Source: Thermodesulfobacteriota bacterium
Lineage (GTDB): Bacteria > Desulfobacterota > Desulfarculia > Adiutricales > JAGVGV01
Assembly: GCA_040755515.1 (NCBI GenBank)
Contig: JBFMAW010000032.1
Span: 3,148-67,147 of the forward strand
Reading direction: 5' to 3'
DNA length: 64,000 nucleotides
Part shown: positions 44,445 through 54,415 of the stretch, piece after piece
Layout of the letters: each line of letters opens with the position of its first letter
How positions within the stretch are numbered: the stretch's first letter is position 1
Notes under the pieces: generated by a model
The model's database searches: none
What the model saw: the letters and a program-made list of their open reading frames with translations, nothing else
Told to the model about the DNA's origin: nothing
Made by a program: the position numbers and the translations under genes

Positions 44445-46130
44445 TTGGTTAACCTCGGACGAGCTCTCGCGACGGTGGGAGCCGTGCTGTTTTTGTCGGT
44501 CGTTGCCCCGCCGATGGCGCTTTTGCCCTCATCGGCCGGCAAGGGTCTGGTCCGGGCCGGGGAAGTAGAACCTTCCAGGCTCGGGGCCTCCCTGGAGAGG
44601 GCGAGGAATCATCTCGACCTGCTGGCCGAACGGGAAGCCAGGATCGAGTTTTTTATCGAACTGGCCGGCCGGTGGGCTGAAGTCAATCCAGCCCAGGCCG
44701 AAGCGGTCTTGCGAAGAACCTGGACCGATCTTCCCGCCTTCGAGGACGAGGAAGCGCGGACCGCGGCCTTTAGGCTGATAAGTGAAGCGCGGGATGGCGG
44801 GCCAAGGGAAAAGAAGGCGGCCCTGGAGCTGGCCGAGCGTCTTCTGGCCAAGACCAATCCTACGTGGACGCTCATCCGCCTGGCTGAAACATGGGGGCGT
44901 CTTAACCCGGAGCGGGCGGAAAAAGTTATTATCCAGGCCCTCGGTCTGGCCCGGAGGGAAGGAACGGGCCGGAAACGGGACCTCGCTTTGCGGGCCCTGG
45001 CGCTGGTGGCCGGGGGATGGAATAGACGACTGGCTGAAGACATCACGGCGGCCATAACCTTGCCGGAGATCAAGACCTGGGCTTTCAGCGGCTTGGGGAC
45101 CAGGTTGGCCGGGATCGATCCGGAAGCGGGGCTAAGGTATTTCGGCCGGGCCTTTGAATCGTCCGTATCCAACCCGGACCCGTACGCCGGAGCCCTGGGC
45201 GTGGCCAGGGCCGCGGCGGCCTTGAGCGGATTGGACCGGAGGGCGGCCGACGCCGCTTTCAAAGAAGCGGTCAAGCTGGCTGGCCGGATAAAGGACGGGC
45301 GCCGCTTCGCCCAGGCCCTGACTGAAGTGGCCCTGGCTTGGGGAAAAACGGACCAGAACCAGGCCTTGGCCGTGACGGAATTGATACCGGCGGATTACCC
45401 TGAACTGAGGTTCGAGGTCTTAATTGGTCTGGCCGGAGAAAAAATTGACGCGGACCGGAAAAAGGTCTTGATCGAAGCAGCCGGGCGGGAGGCAACGGCC
45501 TTGCCCCTGGAAGAAGATCGACGCCGGGCCGCCGGCCGGCTTCTGGTCTTGACCGCGGCCCTGGACCTCGATCGCGCCTGGGAGGGTATCAACCGCCTGG
45601 CCGCGCCTGGATCTGCCCGGTCCGAGGAATTGCTGGCCGAGGCGGTGCGGGTTGTTCTGGCCGACGATCCGGAGCGGGCGGTCCGGACGCTCGGGCGGAC
45701 CGGTGGCAACAGGGTCCTGAACCGGGTGCTGATAAAATTGGCCGAGCGGGACTGCCCTCGAGCCGCGGCCTGGTTGGCCGGCCGGGAAGAAGAACACACC
45801 GGCCGCCAGTCTGACCAGGAGAAGCTGGAGTCGGCCTCGAGGCTGGCGGCCTGCGCCGCGGACCAGGCCCTGACTCTGGCCGCCGGCATAAGGGACCCGG
45901 ACAAAAGGGCCCGGGCCTACGCCTCGATCGGCCGGGAACTAAGCCGGCTGGGCCGGCGGGCCGCGGCCGGAAAGGCTTGGCATCAGGCCTTGGCCACGGC
46001 CGAGGAGATGCCGGGAGCGAAGCTGGAAAAAGCTCGCACCCTCAAGGAATTGGCCTGGATCTGGAGCGCCGTGGCGCCGGAAACGGCGGAAGATGTTTAT
46101 AAAAAAGCCTACCAACTGGTGGCGGACTGA
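44445..46130 (+). CDS. Secreted alpha-helical (HEAT/TPR-like) repeat protein, function unknown
   Basis: 561 aa with N-terminal signal ALATVGAVLFLSVVAPPMA and an Ala/Arg/Leu-rich repetitive helical sequence. Confidence 0.55.
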   Translation: MVNLGRALATVGAVLFLSVVAPPMALLPSSAGKGLVRAGEVEPSRLGASLERARNHLDLLAEREARIEFFIELAGRWAEVNPAQAEAVLRRTWTDLPAFEDEEARTAAFRLISEARDGGPREKKAALELAERLLAKTNPTWTLIRLAETWGRLNPERAEKVIIQALGLARREGTGRKRDLALRALALVAGGWNRRLAEDITAAITLPEIKTWAFSGLGTRLAGIDPEAGLRYFGRAFESSVSNPDPYAGALGVARAAAALSGLDRRAADAAFKEAVKLAGRIKDGRRFAQALTEVALAWGKTDQNQALAVTELIPADYPELRFEVLIGLAGEKIDADRKKVLIEAAGREATALPLEEDRRRAAGRLLVLTAALDLDRAWEGINRLAAPGSARSEELLAEAVRVVLADDPERAVRTLGRTGGNRVLNRVLIKLAERDCPRAAAWLAGREEEHTGRQSDQEKLESASRLAACAADQALTLAAGIRDPDKRARAYASIGRELSRLGRRAAAGKAWHQALATAEEMPGAKLEKARTLKELAWIWSAVAPETAEDVYKKAYQLVAD

Positions 46131-46168
46131 AAATGTTTGTGCGAAATAGCGCAAATCAACGGCCATAA

Positions 46169-46369
<201 letters not shown>

Positions 46370-46396
46370 GACCCGCCTGGTTGACGCCTTTACCCG

Positions 46397-46442
46397 GGCG
46401 CCGGTCCCCCCCTGGACTGGCGCCTTTTTATTTCCTTTTTTA
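46397..46442 (+). terminator. Rho-independent terminator after ferredoxin
   Basis: GGCGCCGGTCC-ccccct-GGACTGGCGCC (11-bp stem with 1 mismatch) followed by TTTTTATTTCCTTTTTT. Confidence 0.75.
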
Positions 46443-46528
46443 GACAAGACCTCGGCCCATATCACCAATAGCCCGTGGGGGTTCCGGGGCGCCTGACCCC
46501 GCGCCCGGCCGCGGCCCGCGGAAAAATA

Positions 46529-46557
46529 TTGACAAGCCTATATTCTAATGGTATATA
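46529..46557 (+). promoter_or_regulatory. Sigma70-like promoter of the gntR/ABC cluster
   Basis: TTGACA, 17 nt, TATATA. Confidence 0.55.
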
Positions 46558-46567
46558 CTTATATACC
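46550..46567. promoter_or_regulatory. Perfect 8-2-8 palindrome overlapping the -10 box; candidate GntR/HutC operator
   Basis: GGTATATA-CT-TATATACC. It contains GT..TA..AC half-sites of the kind reported for HutC-subfamily GntR regulators. Confidence 0.55.
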
Positions 46568-46595
46568 TGTTGATGACTTTTGAAAGGGAGGCCCC

Positions 46596-47321
46596 ATGGC
46601 GTCGGTACTCAAGGACCATCTCCTGCCCCTGTACATGCAGGCGGCCAAGGAACTGCAGGGCCGAATACAGAACGGCGACCTGAAACCCAACGATCGCCTG
46701 CCGAGCCTGGAACGGTTGGCCGCGGAATTTCATATCTCCCGGATCACCGCCCGCCAGGCCGTTTCCCTCCTCGAACGGGATGGGCTGATCTGGCGCAAGC
46801 AGGGCAAGGGCACTTTCGTTTCCCCGAAATATAAGGCCGAGCCACGGCTGGAGCTGCATACTGACTGGTCCATGATCTCCAGAATGATAGAAGGAACCAC
46901 GGTCAAACTGTTAAAAAAAGCGGTCGTTCAAGAAATTCCAAAATTGTCGCCGACCGCCGGCAAACTGGCCCCGGCCTATACCTTCCTCAAACGAGTCCAC
47001 AGCAAAGACGGTTCACCTTATGGTGTAATTGATATATATCTCGATGAGCGCGTCTATGATAAATCGCCCTTCATCTTTTTAAAGAACCCCATCTTGCCTT
47101 TCCTGGAAAAAGTTCACGATCTAAAGATCAAAAACGCCCGCCAAACGCTCACGGTCGGAAGCGCCAATCTGCAGGCGGCCAAGAATTTGAAAATTGAAGT
47201 CGGCTCGCCGGTGGCCTTGGTCCGGCGCGTCATTTCCGATGAAAACGATACCATCATTTATGTCGGCGACATCACCTACCGGGGGGATTACATCAAGCTC
47301 GAAATAGATATGATCAAGTAA
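46596..47321 (+). CDS. GntR-family (HutC-type, UTRA effector domain) transcriptional regulator
   Basis: 241 aa. The HTH is LPSLERLAAEFHISRITARQAVSLLERDGLIWRKQGKGTFV, followed by a C-terminal UTRA-like domain. Confidence 0.88.
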   Translation: MASVLKDHLLPLYMQAAKELQGRIQNGDLKPNDRLPSLERLAAEFHISRITARQAVSLLERDGLIWRKQGKGTFVSPKYKAEPRLELHTDWSMISRMIEGTTVKLLKKAVVQEIPKLSPTAGKLAPAYTFLKRVHSKDGSPYGVIDIYLDERVYDKSPFIFLKNPILPFLEKVHDLKIKNARQTLTVGSANLQAAKNLKIEVGSPVALVRRVISDENDTIIYVGDITYRGDYIKLEIDMIK

Positions 47322-47354
47322 CATTATCTTCTTAAAGAGACGAAAAGGAGGCCA

Positions 47355-48938
47355 ATGATGAGTAAAGAAGTAAGCCGTCGTAACTTTTTGAAAAGCACGG
47401 CCATCGCCGGCGCCGCAGTGATGAGCGCCGGCGCTCTGCTCGGGATGCCGAAGCAGGCTTGGGCCCAAACGCCTCAATACGGCGGCAAGCTCAAGTTCGC
47501 CATCGCCGACTCGCCGCTTTCCTTTGACCCCGCTTATAACGCCAGTCAATACACCGCCAGATGGTTGGGGTTCTTGCTTTTTGACACCTTGACCTTTCAA
47601 ACGGCCGACATGAAGATCGTCCCCAACCTGGCCACTTCCTGGAAGGTGGTCGATAAAGGCGGCGCCTGGGTTTTTGATCTACGGAAAGGGGTGACCTTTC
47701 ATAACAACCGTGAATTGACCGCCAAAGACGTGGCCGATCACTTCAATCGAGTCATGGACCCCAAATCCGGCTCGCACGTCGCCGCCGCCCTCTTCCCCTT
47801 AAAGAACGCGGAAATCATGGATCAATACACGGTCAAACTCAACCTGACTTCCGCTTATGCCGATTTTCCGGTAACCGTCGCCAAGCCGGACGCGGCCATC
47901 ATCGCCCTGGAGAGCGCGGGACGGGAGACCAAGAATCCCCTAGGCACCGGACCATTCAAACTAAAGGAATTCGTCCCGGGCGAAAAAGTTCTCTTCGAAA
48001 AGAATCCCAAATACTGGAAGAAAGGTCTGCCCTATTTGGATTCCATCGAATGGCTGAATATTCCCGATCCAGCCACCCAGGTGAGCGCGTTGCTGAGCGG
48101 ACAGATTGACAGCTTCCCGGAACTGAGCAAGGACTATTTCGAGGTCTTGAAAAAGAACAACAAGATCGTCGTGGAAGAAATACCCACCGGCGCCCACCAG
48201 CCGGTCGTGATGCAGATGAGCAAAAAACCCTTTAATGACCCGCGGGTGGTCAAGGCGATCAAGTATTGCCTGGACCGGGAAAAATTCGTCGAACTCGTGC
48301 TGAACGGTCATGGCGTAGCCGCCAATGACGTGGCCGTACCGCCCACCGACCCGTTCTACCACGGCATTCCCCTTCGAAAACAGGATTATGCCCTGGCCAA
48401 GAAACTCTTGGCCGAGGCCGGATATCCGAATGGGCTGGACCTTGAATTGATAACGTCAGAGGTTCGAGTAAACATGGTCCCCACGGCCTTGACGCTTAAG
48501 GATATGTGCGCCCCCGCCGGAATCCGCATAAACGTCAAAATGGCCCCGCCGGATACCTTCTGGACCGAGGTATGGCGCGTGAAACCGTTCTTCGTGGGCA
48601 ACTGGGTCGGACGGCCGACCATTCATGACACCCTGTATCCCTTCTTCCATAAGAATTCCTTTGACTGGAATAATCCCGGCGGCGCCAAGGATAAGTTCAA
48701 CGATTGCCATCTATACAACCCGACTCTAAGCGACTTATTGGATATGGGAATGAGTGAAATGAACGACGAAAAACGCCGGGGAATATATAAAATGTCCCAG
48801 GCCGTCATCATGGAGGAAGGCGGTTATATCACTCCCTACGTGGCCAATTATATCATGGCCAGAAGGGCCAACGTCCACGGGCTGGTTCCCCATCCGCTGA
48901 AGATATCCGATTTCTCGACCGTGTGGAAGTCCGCTTGA
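47355..48938 (+). CDS. ABC transporter substrate-binding protein, family 5 (Dpp/Opp/Nik type), Tat signal
   Basis: 527 aa. The twin-arginine leader is SRRNFLKSTAIAGAAVMSAGALLG...AWAQ, followed by a family-5 SBP body. Confidence 0.88.
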   Translation: MMSKEVSRRNFLKSTAIAGAAVMSAGALLGMPKQAWAQTPQYGGKLKFAIADSPLSFDPAYNASQYTARWLGFLLFDTLTFQTADMKIVPNLATSWKVVDKGGAWVFDLRKGVTFHNNRELTAKDVADHFNRVMDPKSGSHVAAALFPLKNAEIMDQYTVKLNLTSAYADFPVTVAKPDAAIIALESAGRETKNPLGTGPFKLKEFVPGEKVLFEKNPKYWKKGLPYLDSIEWLNIPDPATQVSALLSGQIDSFPELSKDYFEVLKKNNKIVVEEIPTGAHQPVVMQMSKKPFNDPRVVKAIKYCLDREKFVELVLNGHGVAANDVAVPPTDPFYHGIPLRKQDYALAKKLLAEAGYPNGLDLELITSEVRVNMVPTALTLKDMCAPAGIRINVKMAPPDTFWTEVWRVKPFFVGNWVGRPTIHDTLYPFFHKNSFDWNNPGGAKDKFNDCHLYNPTLSDLLDMGMSEMNDEKRRGIYKMSQAVIMEEGGYITPYVANYIMARRANVHGLVPHPLKISDFSTVWKSA

Positions 48939-49028
48939 TTAGTTGGTCACATCAAGATATTGGACCGCGGGTCTCCCGTTGCTCGCGGTTCAATATCAAT
49001 ATGCGGGCACCGCGGGGAATCAGGAGAA

Positions 49029-49982
49029 ATGAATAAAATCGCCGAATTGATTCTAAAGCGATTCATCTATCTTATTTTTACCATGCTTTTGGTTTCCATT
49101 ATCGTTTTCTTAATCACCCAGGTCATGCCCGGAGACGTGGCCACGGCCATCCTGGGCCAAAGCGCCACCAAAGAGAACATTGAAATATTAAGAGAGGAAC
49201 TGGGGCTTAATCGCCCCACCCATGATCAATATCTCTCCTGGCTGAAGAATACGGTCAGTTTTGATCTGGGTAATTCCTTGTCCCTCTCCCGGCCCATCGC
49301 CCCAATTCTTTGGGAGCGAATGAAAAGATCGTTATCATTGAGCGGGGTGGCCTTATTCGAGGTCATTGTCATCGGCATATCCCTCGGTATTCTCGCCAGC
49401 CTGAAAAAGGATAAGCCTTTTGATCAAGCGGCCTCCGCCGTGTCCTTCGTCCTTATCTCGATCCCGGAATTCGTTTCCGGCTCACTCCTGATTCTCGTTG
49501 TCGGCGGGGGGTGGTTCAACTTTTTCCCTTCCTCGGGCTACGCCAGCTTGAACGAAGGCTTCGGCAACTGGCTGTGGCACTTGGTTCTGCCCTCGACGAC
49601 CTTGACCATGGTGCTCCTGGCCTATGTGTTGAGGATGATGCGGGCCGACATGATCGAAGTACTCAGACAGAATTACATCCGCACGGCCCGATTGAACGGA
49701 CTGCCGGAATCGCGGGTCATTCTTGTCCACGCGCTGAAGAATAGTTTGATCCCCACGGTCACCTTGCTGGCCAATAATATCGGCTGGATGATCGGAGGCA
49801 TTGTGGTCGTGGAAAAGGTTTTCGCCTATCCCGGAGTGGGACTATTACTGATTCATGCCATTAACTACCGGGATATTCCTCTTATCCAGGCAACCATTAT
49901 GTCCGTGGCCACAATTTATGTTTTGGCCAGCCTGCTGGCCGACCTGGCCTATTTCTACCTGGATCCCAGAACCAGAGATTAA
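49029..49982 (+). CDS. ABC transporter permease (DppB-like)
   Basis: The start MNKIAELILKRFIYLIF follows AGGAG. The sequence is typical of the DppB/OppB family (YIRTARLNGL...). Confidence 0.85.
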   Translation: MNKIAELILKRFIYLIFTMLLVSIIVFLITQVMPGDVATAILGQSATKENIEILREELGLNRPTHDQYLSWLKNTVSFDLGNSLSLSRPIAPILWERMKRSLSLSGVALFEVIVIGISLGILASLKKDKPFDQAASAVSFVLISIPEFVSGSLLILVVGGGWFNFFPSSGYASLNEGFGNWLWHLVLPSTTLTMVLLAYVLRMMRADMIEVLRQNYIRTARLNGLPESRVILVHALKNSLIPTVTLLANNIGWMIGGIVVVEKVFAYPGVGLLLIHAINYRDIPLIQATIMSVATIYVLASLLADLAYFYLDPRTRD

Positions 49983-50016
49983 TAGGGTCGAGATCGGCAT
50001 ATTGAAGGGTCCTCCG

Positions 50017-50883
50017 ATGATGAGGTTAATAAAAAGGCTTTTCGCCTTGACTCAATATAACCGGAAGATCGCCGTCGGCGGCTGCTGCGCCCTGATTTTC
50101 ATTACCATGGCCTTGTTCTCTCCGCTTGTTTATGATTATTCGCGGAATGTAATCAAATATGATGCTTCCAACAGATTCAAGGCGCCGAACCTGTCTCATT
50201 TCTTTGGGACCGATCAATACGGCCGGGACGTTTTCGTTCGGGTCGTGTGGGGAACACGAACCGCGCTGTATCTGGCGGTCTGCTCGGTGCTGATAGGTCT
50301 CTTTATCGGCGTGCCCTATGGAATGCTCAGCGGCTACTGGGGAGGATGGCGCGACGAATTCATGATGAGAATAAACGACGCCCTCTTGAGTCTGCCGGCG
50401 CTGATGCTGGCTTTGTTGATCATAGCCACTTTAGGGTCCAGCCTGGAAAACGCGATCGTCGCCATCGGAGCCGCCTTTGTTCCTCGAGTGGCGCGGATCA
50501 TGAGGAGCTGTGCTATCACCATCAAGAACGAGCAGTATGTCTTGGCGGCCCGCGCCAGAGGAGAAAGCAGTTATTATATTATTTTCAGGGAGATATTGCC
50601 CAACGCCCTCGGCCCGATGATCGTGGAAGGCGGCATCAGGATGAGTTACGCGGTCATGGTCGGGACCTCGCTGAGTTTTCTGGGGCTGGGCACTCAACCG
50701 CCCCAGCCGGACTGGGGTCTGATGATCTATGAAGCCAGACAACAGATTTTTCTGGCGCCCTGGACCCTGATCTTCCCCTCGGTCGCCCTGACCTTGATGA
50801 TTTTGTCGTTCAATACTCTCGGCGACGCGCTGCGCGACACTCTGGACCCCAAGGAAAAGCGTCTGCACCAAAGGAACATTTAA
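50017..50883 (+). CDS. ABC transporter permease (DppC-like)
   Basis: Start MMRLIKRL. HFFGTDQYGRDVF is the characteristic DppC/OppC N-terminal periplasmic motif. Confidence 0.85.
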   Translation: MMRLIKRLFALTQYNRKIAVGGCCALIFITMALFSPLVYDYSRNVIKYDASNRFKAPNLSHFFGTDQYGRDVFVRVVWGTRTALYLAVCSVLIGLFIGVPYGMLSGYWGGWRDEFMMRINDALLSLPALMLALLIIATLGSSLENAIVAIGAAFVPRVARIMRSCAITIKNEQYVLAARARGESSYYIIFREILPNALGPMIVEGGIRMSYAVMVGTSLSFLGLGTQPPQPDWGLMIYEARQQIFLAPWTLIFPSVALTLMILSFNTLGDALRDTLDPKEKRLHQRNI

Positions 50884-52973
50884 TGGACCGTCAGGTAGTT
50901 ATTAACGCCGAGAATTTGTCCATCAGTTTCTTGACCGAGAATGGAAAGCTGCCGGCGGTAAGAAATGTGAGTTTTTCCATCAACCGCGGCGAAACCATGG
51001 GCTTGGTGGGCGAATCGGGATCGGGCAAAAGCACTATCGCCTACGCCTTGATGGGCTATATGCCGCCCAACGCCCAAATCAAAAGCGACCGCCTTGATAT
51101 TCTTGGACAAAATATTCTAGAGCTGAGGAATAACGAGCTAAGAGAGCTGAGAAGAAAAAGCCTGGCCATGGTTTATCAAGATCCGGTGACCTCCCTTAAT
51201 CCGGCCTTGACCATTGGGTTTCAAATCGCGGAGTTGATCCAGTCCTTGGATAATATCAATAAGAAGGCGGCCTTCGAAAAGGGTATCCATTTATTCGACC
51301 TGGTCGGTATTCCCGATCCTCTGACCAGCGCCAAGAAATATCCTCATCAGATGAGCGGCGGCCAGGTTCAGCGTATAGTCATCGCCATGGCCCTCTGCCA
51401 CAACCCTGACCTCTTGATAATGGACGAGCCCACCACGGGCCTGGATGTAACAACCGAGGCGACCGTCCTGGACCTGATAAACGATCTCAAGCAAAAACTG
51501 AATTTGGCCATATTATTTATCAGTCACAATCTCGGAATTATCAGAAAAGTTTGCGATAAAGTTGGTGTGCTATACGCGGGACAGATGATTGAAATGGGTC
51601 CGGTCCGCGATGTCTTTGCCCGGCCGATGAATCCATATACGATTGCCTTGATTGACTGCCTCCCCACTATTTCACAAGAAAAGGATGCGGTTATCAAAGC
51701 CATCCCTGGTTCGTTCCCCGATCTTAAAGAAATAAAGGACGAATGCATATTTTATCCCAGATGCCAATTCGCTCAACCAGTTTGCGGGCAAGGCAGGGTA
51801 GACCCGCGGACCGTCAATGATAGCCGTCAGGTCGCCTGCCTTCGGTGGAAACAGGTCGACTTGATTCATAATACCCAATTTGACCAACAAATAATTACAC
51901 CATCGGATAAAACCATCATCCCCTTGCAAAATGACCGCAACAGGAAGGTGTTCCTCGATCTTTCCGGAATTAGAAAATATTACGGTTCACGTTCGATTCT
52001 GTCGAGAGTGACCGATAAAGATATATCTCTTATAAAGGCTGTCGATAATATTTCGTTGACTGTCGCCCGGGGAGAATCTTTAGGTATCGTCGGCGAGAGC
52101 GGATGCGGTAAAAGCACCCTGGCCGAAATCATTTGCAAGCTGCAAAAACCATCCGATGGATTCATCCGCTATAGAGGAATGGATATATGGAAGATGGTGA
52201 AAAGCGAAGAAGGAAGATACAGGAAGGAATGCCAAATAGTTTTCCAAAACCCCGACTCCTCGCTGAATCCCCGTAAAACCGTCGGTCAAATCATCGAACG
52301 GCCTCTGATATTGTTCAATTATGGTAACCGAGACAAGCGGATGAAACGGGTAATGGAGTTGCTTGATTCAGTCAAGATGGACGAAAGCTGCGTCAAGTCA
52401 TATCCGCATGAACTATCGGGCGGACAGAAGCAGCGGGTCGCCATCGCCCGCGCCCTGGCCGCGGACCCCCTGGTCATAATTTTTGACGAGCCGCTGTCCG
52501 CCCTCGATGTATCCGTCCAGTCCTCAATTCTGAATTTGCTGCGCGATCTGAAGAAAAACATGGAATTGACCTTCATATTCATTTCTCACGACCTGAGCGT
52601 GGTGCGGCACATATGTGAAAAAGTCTCGGTGATGTATTTAGGAAAAATATGCGAAATCGGATACGCGCGAAATATTTTATCTAAACCCTTTCATCCTTAC
52701 ACGGAGGCCCTTATCTCGGCCATTCCACAAATCAGGAACGATCTCGAAAAGGACCCCCAACAAATACGACTGAGCCGGTCTGTTCCCAGTCCGAGAAACC
52801 CGCCGCCCGGTTGCCGCTTTCACACCCGCTGCCATCGACGGATTGGAGCGGTTTGCGAAGAGGAGGAGCCCGGCGCGACTCAACTGGATGAGACCCATAC
52901 GGTTTATTGTCATTTGGCCGGTAGTCGGAATGGAAAATGGATTCACCAACTATTTATTCCGACCAATAATTGA
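50883..52973 (+). CDS. Fused double ATP-binding subunit (DppD-DppF type)
   Basis: 696 aa with two NBDs. Walker A motifs are GESGSGKST and GESGCGKST. Signature motifs are MSGGQVQR and LSGGQKQR. Confidence 0.9.
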   Translation: MDRQVVINAENLSISFLTENGKLPAVRNVSFSINRGETMGLVGESGSGKSTIAYALMGYMPPNAQIKSDRLDILGQNILELRNNELRELRRKSLAMVYQDPVTSLNPALTIGFQIAELIQSLDNINKKAAFEKGIHLFDLVGIPDPLTSAKKYPHQMSGGQVQRIVIAMALCHNPDLLIMDEPTTGLDVTTEATVLDLINDLKQKLNLAILFISHNLGIIRKVCDKVGVLYAGQMIEMGPVRDVFARPMNPYTIALIDCLPTISQEKDAVIKAIPGSFPDLKEIKDECIFYPRCQFAQPVCGQGRVDPRTVNDSRQVACLRWKQVDLIHNTQFDQQIITPSDKTIIPLQNDRNRKVFLDLSGIRKYYGSRSILSRVTDKDISLIKAVDNISLTVARGESLGIVGESGCGKSTLAEIICKLQKPSDGFIRYRGMDIWKMVKSEEGRYRKECQIVFQNPDSSLNPRKTVGQIIERPLILFNYGNRDKRMKRVMELLDSVKMDESCVKSYPHELSGGQKQRVAIARALAADPLVIIFDEPLSALDVSVQSSILNLLRDLKKNMELTFIFISHDLSVVRHICEKVSVMYLGKICEIGYARNILSKPFHPYTEALISAIPQIRNDLEKDPQQIRLSRSVPSPRNPPPGCRFHTRCHRRIGAVCEEEEPGATQLDETHTVYCHLAGSRNGKWIHQLFIPTNN

Positions 52974-53032
52974 AATCGTCCCTCTCGTTTCGGATAACTT
53001 CGTGGGCTAAAGAAATTAAGCGGGAAAGCGAT

Positions 53033-54394
53033 ATGGCCAGACTAAACTTTCATCAGTTTTATTATCAGACTAAAAATGAGATGTTTCCTTTGCCTGTATT
53101 GGAAAAGGTAAAGCTGTGTATATTAGACACTATTGGAGCGATTATCAGCGGGCATTCATCCAAGGCCGGGCCGGCGGCTATTCTTTTCGGTAAAAAAACG
53201 TCCTCGGGTCACGAAGCGACCGTCCTCGGCACCAGCACCAGGATGTCCTGGCCTTATGCCGCTTTCTGCAACGCTATTCTGGGCAGCGCCTGGGACATAG
53301 ATGACGGGTCCTTGTTGGCCCTGGGCCACCCGGGCGCCGCGACGTTATCCGCCGCCCTCGGCGCGGCTCAGCTCACGGGATCAAGCGGGAATGACCTTTT
53401 GAGGTCCGTCCTATTCGGATATGAGATAGCTTTGTTAACCGGATCTCGCTTGAACGCCGTCCCGGACAAGCGCTTTTTCGGTTCCGGGGCTTGGGCCGCC
53501 GCCGGCGCGGCCGCCGCCGCCGGTTATCTGTTGGGATTGGACCTGGAGAGCCTGGTTAATGCCATCGGCCTCGCCGAGGCCCACGCTCCTGTGTCTCCGG
53601 TTGACCAAAGCATTGAAGATGGCGCCATGGTCAAGGAAAGCCTGGGTTGGGCCGCCTTTACCGGAGTGTGCGCCTGTCTATTATCGGCCGCCGGTTTCGG
53701 TGGGATAACGCCTCGCTTTCATGATCGTTCGTTTCCCGCGCTCGAGGAAGTTGATTCCTTTAGGATCTTGAGCATCTATTTCAAAAAATATACCTGCTGC
53801 CGCTGGGGGCACGCCGCCCTGGATGGTGTACTGGAATTAATGGATAGAGATTCTATTGACGCTTCGAAAATAATGGAAGTTACCATTGGAACACACTCCA
53901 AAGGAATGCTGTTAAATGGAAGAAATATAAACAGCCCCGAAAAGGCCCAATACAGCTTGCCTTTTTGTATAGCGGCCGCGCTCGTTGATAAGGAGGTCGG
54001 CCCTAAGCAGGTTTCCCCAAAACGCCTCAATGATCCTATCCTGACCGAAATCATGAACAAGGTGCGATTGGAGGTTGATCCGGAAATAGATGCCGCGTTT
54101 CCAAAATTTAACTCCGCGCGTGTTTCCATCCGTACGGCGCCCGATATCGAATATAACCTGTTCGTCAAAAATGCCAAGGGATCCGAACAAAATCCATTAA
54201 GCCATACCGATATTATCGACAAATTTCTATGGATTACCGACGGCCTTTTATCGAGAAACCAAGCCTTGAGCCTAGTGGAAAGAATTCAGGGCATTGAAAC
54301 AGTGGATAATATAAAGGCTATTTTTGATGAATTGACCATCAACGAAAAAATTGATGACCGCGGGTCTCGCGTTCCTCGTGAGGTTTTACGGTAA
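53033..54394 (+). CDS. MmgE/PrpD-family protein (2-methylcitrate dehydratase superfamily), substrate unknown
   Basis: About 453 aa. VKLCILDTIGAIISG... and the overall length and pattern fit MmgE/PrpD. I prefer the ATG start at 53033 over TTG at 52970. Confidence 0.75.
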   Translation: MARLNFHQFYYQTKNEMFPLPVLEKVKLCILDTIGAIISGHSSKAGPAAILFGKKTSSGHEATVLGTSTRMSWPYAAFCNAILGSAWDIDDGSLLALGHPGAATLSAALGAAQLTGSSGNDLLRSVLFGYEIALLTGSRLNAVPDKRFFGSGAWAAAGAAAAAGYLLGLDLESLVNAIGLAEAHAPVSPVDQSIEDGAMVKESLGWAAFTGVCACLLSAAGFGGITPRFHDRSFPALEEVDSFRILSIYFKKYTCCRWGHAALDGVLELMDRDSIDASKIMEVTIGTHSKGMLLNGRNINSPEKAQYSLPFCIAAALVDKEVGPKQVSPKRLNDPILTEIMNKVRLEVDPEIDAAFPKFNSARVSIRTAPDIEYNLFVKNAKGSEQNPLSHTDIIDKFLWITDGLLSRNQALSLVERIQGIETVDNIKAIFDELTINEKIDDRGSRVPREVLR

Positions 54395-54415
54395 AACTAT
54401 AAGGGAGGACAAGGA

